A stretch of DNA of 64,000 bases, from assembly GCA_963843845.1 (NCBI GenBank), contig CAWJMB010000002.1, positions 832,001-896,000 of the forward strand, written 5' to 3'. The DNA comes from an uncultured Gemmatimonadaceae bacterium. Its GTDB lineage: Bacteria; Gemmatimonadota; Gemmatimonadetes; Gemmatimonadales; Gemmatimonadaceae. The position numbers and the translations under genes are program-made. The stretch's first letter is position 1; each line of letters begins with the position of its first letter. The notes under the pieces are model-generated. The model did not search any database, was not told where the DNA came from, and saw only the letters and a list, made by a program, of their open reading frames with translations. Below are positions 33,992 through 42,384 of this stretch, in pieces.

Positions 33992-36689
33992 GGCTGTCGC
34001 GCAGGGCGCCGGCGGCGAGGGCAGCGGCGCCGCCCGGGCCCTGCACGCGGCGCAGGCGGTCGAGAGCGGAGTCGGCGAGGGTCAGCGCCTCGCCGCGGGC
34101 GCCGGCGGCGGCGCGAACGCGCGCGAGGGCGAGCTGCAGGTGGGCGGGCTCCGCGTGGTCGGGGCCCACGTGCGCGGCGGCGCGGCGGAGTGCGTCGCGG
34201 AGCACCGAGTCCGCCTCCGCCGCGCGGCCCTGCGCGGCGACGGCCGTGCCCAACGCGCGGAGCGTCTCCAGCTCGGCGCCCGCGAACTCGCGCGTGCGCC
34301 ATGCCGCGAGCGCCTCGCGCAGCCGCGCCTCCGCGCCGGCCGCGTCGCCACGTGCCGACGCGAGCTGGCCGGCGAGGCGCAGCGACTCGGCGCGCGGCCC
34401 GGTGCTTCCGGTCGCTGTCCCGTCGGCGCGCGCCCGGAGCTCGGCCTCGACGAGCGGCGCGGCGTCGGCGGGGCGTCCCTGCGCGAGCAGCGCCTCGGCG
34501 AGCGAGCGCCTCGCCAGCGCCACGCGGACGTTCGCGGCGCCGTAGAGCGCGACCTTCTCGTCGAGCACCGTGCGGAGCATCCGCTCGGCGTCTGCCGCGC
34601 GCCCCTGCACGAGCCGCGCGCGCCCCAGGCTCTCGAGCGCATCGAGGTAGCTCGCGCTGTGCTCGCCGGCCGCGGCGCGCTGCACGGGCATCACCTGCAC
34701 CGCGAGCGACTCCGCGCCGGCGCCGTCGCCGCGGAGCACGCGCGCGACCGCCTGGCTCTGCGTCGTCGCGACGTCGAGGCGCGCGTTCTTGCCGCTCGCC
34801 CGCGCCATGCGCTCGCGCAGCGCGGCGTACGCCGACTCGGTCGGCACGTCCCAGTGCAGCGCCGCCGCGTGGTTGAGCCACATGCGCTCGGCGTAGTTCA
34901 CGGTGTCGTCGCCGCCCGGGTAGGCGGCGCGGATCGAGTCCAGCCCGGCGAGCAGCAGGCGATCGCCTTCGGTCTCGCGGCCGTCGTCCGCGAGGACGCG
35001 GCCGATCCAGACGAGCGACAGCGCGCGCACCTCGCGGTCTTCGGCGAGCCGGCGCGGCGCGACGGCGAGGGCGCGCCGGAAGCGCGCGAGCGCGCCGTCG
35101 AGATCTCCCACGGTCGACGCGGTGATGCCGGCCTCGCGGTAGGCGTAGCCCGCCATCCCCTGCGTGTACTCGCCGGGGCTCCGCACGTAGTACGCGGCCG
35201 CGCTGTCCTCGTGCATGAGCGCGGCCTGCAGCGCGCCCCGCCCGTGCAGCGCGCGCCCGATCGTCATGTCGAGCATGCCGCGCGCGACCGGGTCGATCTT
35301 CGCCCAGGTCGGGGAGCGGAGGCGGGCGGACGCGCTGTCGAGGAGATCGCGCGCGGTCGTGACGCCGAGCGACAGGCGCATCGACGGGTCGGTCGACGTC
35401 ACGACGTCGCGGAGGAAGCGCTGCACGTCGGTCGCCCGGCTGGCTTCCTGCCGCGCCCGCGCCGCGCTGCTGTCGGCGCGCTCGCGCTGGCGCTCGGCCA
35501 GCGTGCGCTGCGAGTCGGCGCCGAGGCGGGCGAGGCGCTCGCGGGCGACGGCCGCGTCGGCGCGGGCGCGCGCGGCGTCGGCGGCGCGGCGCTGCGACTC
35601 GGCCTGCGCGAGCGCGGCGACCGCGGTGGCGCGCTCCGACTCCGCGACCCGCTGCGCGCGGCTCGCGCGGACGGCCTGCGAGCTGCTCGCGACGGTGCCC
35701 GCGACGAGCGCGGCGACGGCGACGACCGACGCGGCGACGAGGGCGCGGTTGCGCCGCGCGAACTTGCGGAGCTGGTAGACCGCGCTCGGCGGGCGGGCGG
35801 CGATCGGCTCGTTCGCGAGATAGCGCCGCACGTCGGCGGCGAGCGCCTGGGCGGAGTCGTAGCGCCGCTCCTTCTCCTTCGCGAGCGCCTTCGCGCCGAT
35901 CGTCTCCAGATCGCCGCGCAGCGCCGGCGCCGCGGTGCCCAACGGCGCCGGCTCCTCCGAGAGGATCACACGCAGCGCATCCGGCAAGCTGCGGCGGTGC
36001 AGCGCGAGCGGCAGCCGGCCGGTGAGCAGCTCGTAGAGCACGACGCCCAACGCGTAGACGTCGCTGCGCACGTCGAGCTCCAGCGGGTCGCCGGCGACCT
36101 GCTCGGGGCTCATGTAGGGGAGGGAGCCGAGCACCTGGCCGAACTCCGTGGCGATCGTGTCGCGCCGGTCGATGCTGGCGAGGCGGGCGACGCCGAAGTC
36201 GAGCACCTTCGGCCGTCCCGCGGCGTCGACGAGGATGTTGCCGGGCTTGAGGTCGCGGTGAATGACGCCGCGCTGGTGGGCGTAGTGCACCGCGTCGCAG
36301 ATCTCGATGAACAGGCGCAGGCGGTCGCGCACGGCGGCGCGGGCGAGCGGGTGCTCGGTGACCGGCACGCCCTCGACGTACTCCATCGCGATGTACGGCG
36401 CCGGGCCGCCCGGCCCGTCGGCGGTCCCCGCCTGGTAGATCTGCGCGATGGCCGGGTGTTGCAGCCGGCCGAGCACCTCCGCCTCCCGGTCGAAGCGCCG
36501 GAGGAGCTCGGGGGTCGCCAGGTCGCTCCGGATGACCTTGAGCGCGACGGCGCGGTGCGGGGCGTCCTGCTCGGCGAGGTACACGGTGCCCATCCCCCCT
36601 TCGCCGAGCACGCGCGCGACGCGGTAGGGTCCGATGCGAGCGGGGAGCGAGCGCTCCGGCGTGGCTGGGGGGAGGACGACGTGAGACAT
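33981..36689 (-). CDS. Membrane Ser/Thr protein kinase with C-terminal TPR-like repeats
   Basis: GEGGMG, HRDLKPGN, DFG, YMSPEQ, RYLANEPIAARPPS, TM segment, coiled coil, helical repeats. Confidence 0.92.
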   Translation of the reverse strand: MSHVVLPPATPERSLPARIGPYRVARVLGEGGMGTVYLAEQDAPHRAVALKVIRSDLATPELLRRFDREAEVLGRLQHPAIAQIYQAGTADGPGGPAPYIAMEYVEGVPVTEHPLARAAVRDRLRLFIEICDAVHYAHQRGVIHRDLKPGNILVDAAGRPKVLDFGVARLASIDRRDTIATEFGQVLGSLPYMSPEQVAGDPLELDVRSDVYALGVVLYELLTGRLPLALHRRSLPDALRVILSEEPAPLGTAAPALRGDLETIGAKALAKEKERRYDSAQALAADVRRYLANEPIAARPPSAVYQLRKFARRNRALVAASVVAVAALVAGTVASSSQAVRASRAQRVAESERATAVAALAQAESQRRAADAARARADAAVARERLARLGADSQRTLAERQRERADSSAARARQEASRATDVQRFLRDVVTSTDPSMRLSLGVTTARDLLDSASARLRSPTWAKIDPVARGMLDMTIGRALHGRGALQAALMHEDSAAAYYVRSPGEYTQGMAGYAYREAGITASTVGDLDGALARFRRALAVAPRRLAEDREVRALSLVWIGRVLADDGRETEGDRLLLAGLDSIRAAYPGGDDTVNYAERMWLNHAAALHWDVPTESAYAALRERMARASGKNARLDVATTQSQAVARVLRGDGAGAESLAVQVMPVQRAAAGEHSASYLDALESLGRARLVQGRAADAERMLRTVLDEKVALYGAANVRVALARRSLAEALLAQGRPADAAPLVEAELRARADGTATGSTGPRAESLRLAGQLASARGDAAGAEARLREALAAWRTREFAGAELETLRALGTAVAAQGRAAEADSVLRDALRRAAAHVGPDHAEPAHLQLALARVRAAAGARGEALTLADSALDRLRRVQGPGGAAALAAGALRDSLTR

Positions 36690-36902
36690 GAGCGGCACGA
36701 GGCGGACGTCGCGGCGGGCCGACCGAGCGGTCCGCGCGCCGCGGAACGTAGTCGCCGCCCCGACGCTCGCCAGACGCGCGCCGATGATGGGTCTCGGCCG
36801 AGTTCCGGCTATGGACAGCTGTCGCCGGGTCGGAAGGCCGCGCGCGATGCGTCCGCCACGACGGTCGGCGCCACGTCGGATCACTTCATCGAGAGAGGCT
36901 CC

Positions 36903-37067
36903 ATGAGCGACCAGCAGAAGACCTCGACCCCGCAGCCCGCCGCCAAGCCCGATGCGTCGGCGCAGGAAAAGCGCCCGCAGAGCGAGCAGGGCCAGCAGGA
37001 CGACGACCAGACCCTCGGCGCCGAGACGCTCGAGGAACGCATCGCGCCGGCGAAGTTCGCCTTCTAA
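36903..37067 (+). CDS. 54-aa putative precursor/secreted peptide with LEERIAP motif
   Basis: GAGAGAGG RBS at 36891-36898, ATG 36903, TAA 37065-37067; MSDQQKTSTPQPAAKPDASAQEKRPQSEQGQQDDDQTLGAETLEERIAPAKFAF; GC3-rich codons. Confidence 0.8.
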   Translation: MSDQQKTSTPQPAAKPDASAQEKRPQSEQGQQDDDQTLGAETLEERIAPAKFAF

Positions 37068-37085
37068 GGCTACGCACCTGAGGAC

Positions 37086-37120
37086 GGGCGCCCGGCCGCG
37101 AAACGCGCGGCCGGGTGTCC
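37086..37120 (+). terminator. 15-bp-stem hairpin after the peptide gene (no U tract)
   Basis: GGGCGCCCGGCCGCG-aaacg-CGCGGCCGGGTGTCC (two G-U pairs). Confidence 0.6.
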
Positions 37121-37284
37121 GCGCCAGGTGGCTCGGGCGCTTCGCGCCCGCCTCCACCCGTTAGGCGCGTGGCGAGCGAGGCGCGCGGCGGCCGACGCGC
37201 CGCGCGCCCTGAGCACGAGAGCGCCGGCCGGGTCGCACCGTCCAGCCGACCGCCCACGCTTCCCACCAGCCGGACTCTCCCACC

Positions 37285-39180
37285 GTGTCGCACGTAGACT
37301 CCAGCGTCAACGGGCACGCCTCCGCCGCCTCGGCCACCATGGCGCCGCCGGGCGGCGCGTCGCCGGCCGCCGCCGAGCGGGGCGAACGCCTCGTCGCCGC
37401 CGCGCTCGCGCTGCTCTCGCTCGACGACGCGGCCGCGATCCGCCAGCGCGCGCTCGACGACGCGGCCGCGCTGCTCCGCGCCGACGCGGGCTCCTTCTGG
37501 CCCGCCGAGGGCGGGCTGCTGGAGCGCGGGATCGCCTTCGGGAGCGGCGAGCCGCCGGTCGCGGACGTCGTGCCGGTGCGCGCGGTCGAGGCGTTGGGCG
37601 TCGGCGACCACGAGACCTCGGTGGCGGTGGCCCTCGTCGGGACGCGGGCGGCGGCGCGCGGCGCGCTCCGCCTCTGTCGGCGGCTCGACGGAGCCCCGCC
37701 GTTCGACGCCGGCGAGCGCGAGGCGCTCGGCCGGCTCGCGTCGCTCGTCGACGCCGCGCTCGACGCGGCCGCCCGCCACGCGCTCGACGCCGCGCGCGGC
37801 CGCAGCCTGGCGCTCGTCGCCGAGATGAGCCGCGAGGTCACCGCCACGCTCGACCTCGACCGCGTGCTGCGCGCCACCGTGAACCTCGCCGCGCGCGCGC
37901 TCACCTTCGACCGCGGCGCCCTCGCGCTCTACGAGGACGGCACGTGCGACGTGCGCGCGGTCGCCGGCGCGGACACCGTGGACCGCGCCGAGCCCGCGCT
38001 GCAGGACCTCGCCGCGCGCGCCGCGTGGGCCGCAGGCGTCGGCGACGCGCTCTACGTCTCCGACCGCGACGACCCCGGCTCCGACGCCGAGCGGATCTTC
38101 CTCCAGTTCTTCTCCGGGGACCTGGAGCACGACGGCGTGCGCAGCGCCCTCTACGTTCCGCTCCGCGATGAGGAAGGGATCGTCGGCGTGCTCGTCCTCG
38201 AGGCGGCGGCCCCGGACTTCGCCGGCCCCGCGCAGCGCGAGGTCGTCACCATCCTCGCCAACCAGGCGACCGTCGCCATCCGGAACGCGCGCCTCTACAG
38301 CCAGGTGCCGCTCGCCGGCGTGCTCGGCGCCATCGGCGACACGCGCCAGGCGCTGCGCGCGGTGCCGCGGCAGCGGCGGCTCGCCGTCGGCGCGATCGTC
38401 GTCGCCGCCCTCGCCGGGCTCACGCTGATCCGCTGGCCGCTGCGCGTCGACGCCGAAGCGCCGGTGCTCCGCGCGGGGACGCGCGCCGACGTCCGCCCGC
38501 TCGTCGGCGGCGTGGTGGAGCGCGTGTTCGTGCCGGCCGGCGCGCCCGTCGAGCGCGGCGCGCCGCTCCTCCAGCTCGCCGACGGCGAGCTCCGCGCGCA
38601 GCGAGACGCGCTGCTCGCCGACGTCGGGAGCGCCGACCGCGAGGCCGCGGTGGCCGCCGCGCGCGGCGACGCCGCGGGGGCGCGCGACGCCGGCGAGCGG
38701 GCCGCGGAGCGCCGCGCCGATGCCGCGCTGCTCGACGAGCAGCTCCGCGGCACCGTCGTCCGCGCGCCCGTCGACGGCGTCGTGCTCACCGACGCGCCGG
38801 AGGAGCGGCTCGGCATCTACGCGGCGCCGGGCGCGCTGCTGCTCCAGGTCGGGCGGCTCGACACGCTGGAGCTCGAGTTCACCGTGTCGCAGCGCGACGT
38901 CGCGCGCGTCGAGCCGGGCGACGTCGTTCGCCTGCGCGTCGACGCGCTGCCACAGCGCACCTTCGAGGGGCGCGTCACCGCGCTCGGCCCCGCGGCCCCC
39001 GACTCGACGGCACCGGGGCTCTTCCCGGTGCGCGCCGTGGTGCCGAACGCCGACGCGCTGCTCCGGCCGGGGATGCTCCCCGCCGCGCGCGTGCTCACCC
39101 GCCCCGCCTCGACCGCCGAGCGGCTTCTCCGCTCGCCGTCGCGCTGGGCCCGCATGTTCTGGTGGAGGATCTCGACATGA
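37285..39180 (+). CDS. GAF domain-containing HlyD/MFP family adaptor
   Basis: GAF (TLDLDRVL...SALYVPL...GVLVL...LANQATVAIRNARLY), TM helix, lipoyl halves (VRPLVGGVV; VRAPVDGVV), LRPGM. Confidence 0.85.
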   Translation: MSHVDSSVNGHASAASATMAPPGGASPAAAERGERLVAAALALLSLDDAAAIRQRALDDAAALLRADAGSFWPAEGGLLERGIAFGSGEPPVADVVPVRAVEALGVGDHETSVAVALVGTRAAARGALRLCRRLDGAPPFDAGEREALGRLASLVDAALDAAARHALDAARGRSLALVAEMSREVTATLDLDRVLRATVNLAARALTFDRGALALYEDGTCDVRAVAGADTVDRAEPALQDLAARAAWAAGVGDALYVSDRDDPGSDAERIFLQFFSGDLEHDGVRSALYVPLRDEEGIVGVLVLEAAAPDFAGPAQREVVTILANQATVAIRNARLYSQVPLAGVLGAIGDTRQALRAVPRQRRLAVGAIVVAALAGLTLIRWPLRVDAEAPVLRAGTRADVRPLVGGVVERVFVPAGAPVERGAPLLQLADGELRAQRDALLADVGSADREAAVAAARGDAAGARDAGERAAERRADAALLDEQLRGTVVRAPVDGVVLTDAPEERLGIYAAPGALLLQVGRLDTLELEFTVSQRDVARVEPGDVVRLRVDALPQRTFEGRVTALGPAAPDSTAPGLFPVRAVVPNADALLRPGMLPAARVLTRPASTAERLLRSPSRWARMFWWRIST

Positions 39181-40265
39181 CGCACGACCGACGACTGCGC
39201 GCGTCCGAAGCGGCGGTCGCGCTCGCCCTCACGCTCGGCGCGGCCTGCACGCGCGACGGCGCGGCGGCCGAGACGAGGGCGAAGGGGAGCGCGGCGACGC
39301 CGGCCCCGTCCGCGCCGCGCGCCGCGGCCGTCGCGCCGGGGGGCCAGACCGCGGTCGTCGACTCCGCGTCGCTCACCGGACCGCTCGTGCTCCCGGCGCA
39401 GCTCTACGTCGAGCGCGACGCGGCGGTCGCCGCCCGCACGGCCGGCACGCTCCAGGCCCTGCCGGTGGACCTCGGCAGCGAGGTCGCCGCGGGCGCGACG
39501 TTGGCGCGGCTGGAGAGCGCTGGGCAGGAGCTGGCGGTGGCGCACGCCTCGGCCGCCGAGGAGGCGACGCGCCGCACGCTCGACCGGCTGCGTGCGCTGT
39601 TCGCCGCGCGCGGCGCGACGTCGGCCGAGGTGGAGCAGGGGGAGCTCGCGGCGCGGCAGGCGGACGTCGAGCTGCGCGAGGCGCGCCGCCAGCTCGCGCT
39701 GACCCGCGTCACCGCGCCGTTCGGCGGGCTCGTCACGGCGCGCTACGCCCGCCCCGGTCAGCTCGTCGCGGCCGGCGACACGCTGCTGCGCATCGCCGAG
39801 CGCGGGCCGCTGCTGGCGCGCGTGCGCGTGCCCGAGGCGGCGGCCGAGCTGCGTCCCGGCGACGGCGCGACGGTCGTCGGGCTCCGCGGCGTCGTCTCGG
39901 CGGCGCGCGTGACGCGGCTCGCGCCGGCGATCGACCCGGCGAGCGGCACGCGCGAGGCGGTCGTGCAGCTCGCCGGCGGCGCGGGGCTGCTCCCGGGCGC
40001 GAGCGTGCAGGTGCGGCTCGGCCGGCAGGACCGCCGCGTGCTCGCGGTGCCGGCGAGCGCGGTGCGCCCCGGCGGGTGGGTGCTCGTCGTCGACGGCGGC
40101 CGCGCGGTGCTGCGCTCGGTCGCGCTCGGCGACTCCCTCTCCGGCGGGCTCGTCGAGGTGATCCGCGGGCTCTCGGCGGGGGAGCGCGTCGCCACGAGCG
40201 CGGGCGGCGGCGGCGCCGCCGGGGCCGCGGCCGCATCGCCCGCGTCGCGGAGCGGCGTGCGGTGA
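39177..40265 (+). CDS. RND-type periplasmic adaptor (MFP), lipoprotein
   Basis: Lipobox LGAAC; VAARTAG, VTAPFGGLV, IDPASGT, LLPG, VPASAV, GLSAGERV; ATGA coupling. Confidence 0.85.
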   Translation: MTHDRRLRASEAAVALALTLGAACTRDGAAAETRAKGSAATPAPSAPRAAAVAPGGQTAVVDSASLTGPLVLPAQLYVERDAAVAARTAGTLQALPVDLGSEVAAGATLARLESAGQELAVAHASAAEEATRRTLDRLRALFAARGATSAEVEQGELAARQADVELREARRQLALTRVTAPFGGLVTARYARPGQLVAAGDTLLRIAERGPLLARVRVPEAAAELRPGDGATVVGLRGVVSAARVTRLAPAIDPASGTREAVVQLAGGAGLLPGASVQVRLGRQDRRVLAVPASAVRPGGWVLVVDGGRAVLRSVALGDSLSGGLVEVIRGLSAGERVATSAGGGGAAGAAAASPASRSGVR

Positions 40266-42320
40266 GCGCGATCGCGCGCCCGCGCCTGCTGCCGGGCGTC
40301 CGCCTCATCGAGCAGGTGTTCCAGGGCGAGGAACGCGTGCTCGCCCGGACGCCGGAAGGGGGGAAGTACTTCCGCTTCCGCCCGCTCGAGGGGCGCGTGC
40401 TGCGCGCCTTCGACGGCGCGCGCACGCCGGCCGAGATCTCGGAGTACCTCGCCACGCAGGGCACGCGCATCGGCGCCGGCGCCATCGCCGGCTTCGCGCG
40501 CCAGCTCGCCGGGATGGGCGTCGTCGAGCGCTCGCTCGAGGAGCGCTCCGCGGCGCAGATGGAGCGCGTGCGCGCCGAGCGCCGGCAGCGGCGCCGGTCG
40601 GGGATCGCCGACGTCATGCGCATGCGCAAGTCGCTCGGCGACCCGAACGTGCTCCTCGACCGCACGATGCCGTCGCTGCGGTGGTGCTTCACGCGCCGGT
40701 TCGTGATCGGCTCGTCGCTGCTCTTCTCGCTCTACTTCGCCGTGCTCATCGCGCGGTGGACCGAGTTCCACCAGGCGGTCGCGGCGACGCTGCTTCCCGG
40801 CGCGCTCAGCGTGGGCACCGCGGTGCTCGTCTGGGTCGTCATCACCGTCGTATCGGTGATCCACGAGTTCGGGCACGGCTACGCCTGCAAGCGCTTCGGC
40901 GGCGAGGTGCACGAGCTGGGCGTCATGCTGCTCTACTTCATGCCCGCGTTCTACTGCAACGTGAACGACGCGTGGAGCTTCCCCGAGCGCGCGTCGCGGC
41001 TCTGGGTGACGGCCGCGGGGCCGTGGATCCAGATGATCGTCGCCTCGCTCGCGGCGCTCGTGTGGTACGCGGCCGAGCCGGGCACCGGCGTCTCGACCGT
41101 GGCGCTCGTGACGATGTTCACCGGAGGGATCTCGACGGTGCTCAGCAACGCCAACCCGCTCCTGCCGCTCGACGGCTACTACGCGCTCAGCGACTGGCTC
41201 GAGCTGCCGAACCTGCGACACCGCGCGTCGGCGCACCTCGGGTGGTGGGTGCGGCGCCACGTGCTGCAGATCGAGCTCCCGGAGCCCGATCTCACGCCGC
41301 GCGAGCAGCGCATCTTCCTCGTCTACGGCGCGCTCGCGGCGGTCTACGGGATGGTGCTGCTGGCGATCACGACGAGCGTGCTGCTCGGCATCGCGCGACG
41401 GACGCTCGGCGTCGCGGGCGCGCTGCTCGTGCTGATCCCGGTCTACACGGCGCTGCGCTCGCCGGTGCGCTCGCTCCTCTCCAACCGCACGCTGCTCGCG
41501 CGCCGGCTGCGCGGGTCGGTCTCCGAGCGCTGGCGCCGCCGCGGCACGCGCGCCGGCATCGCGATCGTGGTGGCGGCGCTCGTCGGGCTCGCGCTCCCCT
41601 GGCCGCGCACGGTCGACGGCGCGTTCGAGGTGGCCCCGCTGCGGCCGCAGCTCGTCACGGCGACCGCGGGGGGCGTGGTGACCGAGGTGATGGTGCGCGA
41701 GGGCGAGCGCGTGGCGGCGGGCGCGCCGCTCGCCCGGCTGGTCGACTACGACCGCGTGCGACGCGTGCGCGCCGCGGAGCAGTCGGCGGACTCGCTCGGC
41801 CGCGCCGAGGCCGCGGCGCGCGCGCGCGGCGGCGCGGACGCGTCGTGGCTCGCCGCCGGCGCGCACGGCGGCCGAGGTGCGGCGCGACGGGCTGCGCGCG
41901 GGGGCGGCGCAGGCGCTGCTCCGCGCCGGCGAGTCGGGCACGGTGCTCTCGGCGCGCCCCGAGGCGCTCCTCGGACGCCGCGTGGTCGCGGGCGCGCCGC
42001 TCCTCCGCCTCGGCGACGCGGACTCGCTCGAGGTGCGCATCGTCCTCGCGGCGGGCGCGGGGCTCGTGCGCGCCGGACAGCGCGTGCACCTCCTCACGAA
42101 CGCCGCCGACCGGCGCGCCGGGACCGTCGCCGAGGTCGGCGTGCCCGCCGGGGCGCGCGCGAACGCCGGCGTCGTCGAGGCGCGCGTGCGGCTCGCGGCC
42201 GGCCCGGCGTGGCGCGTCGGCACGCGCGGCGACGCGCGCGTGGAGGTCGCCCGCTCCACGGTGCTCGGCGCGCTCGTGTGGGGCGTGCGCACGCGGATGC
42301 GGAGCGACCTGCTACTGTGA
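40262..42320 (+). CDS. PqqD/RRE-like domain + M50 (site-2) metalloprotease + HlyD/MFP fusion; frameshift at ~41865
   Basis: GTGA coupling; N-terminal KYFRF...FDGARTPAEI...LAGMGVV; HEFGH (40862-40876), AAGP, NANPLLPLDGYY; MFP part VREGERVAAGAPLARL continuing in ORF 41877..42320. Confidence 0.85.
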
Positions 42321-42384
42321 CCTACGTCGCGCGCCGCCGCAGCGCGACGCTCCCGGCTCGACATCCTCCCCCGACACGCCTCTC

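Noticed and set aside
36814..36823. Palindrome GACAGCTGTC upstream of the peptide gene as an operator
   Set aside because: A single 10-bp palindrome is expected by chance; no second copy or cognate regulator identified.
34140..37067. 975-aa plus-strand ORF and other long Arg/Ala-rich ORFs (e.g. 44550..48584, 39758..42364)
   Set aside because: Antisense or off-frame shadows of real genes in high-GC DNA; only the last 54 codons of this one look genuine.
33979..37166. Integron attC sites from GCCTAAC/GTTAGGC pairs
   Set aside because: Copies are kilobases apart or inside genes, not 55-140 bp palindromes; no integrase.
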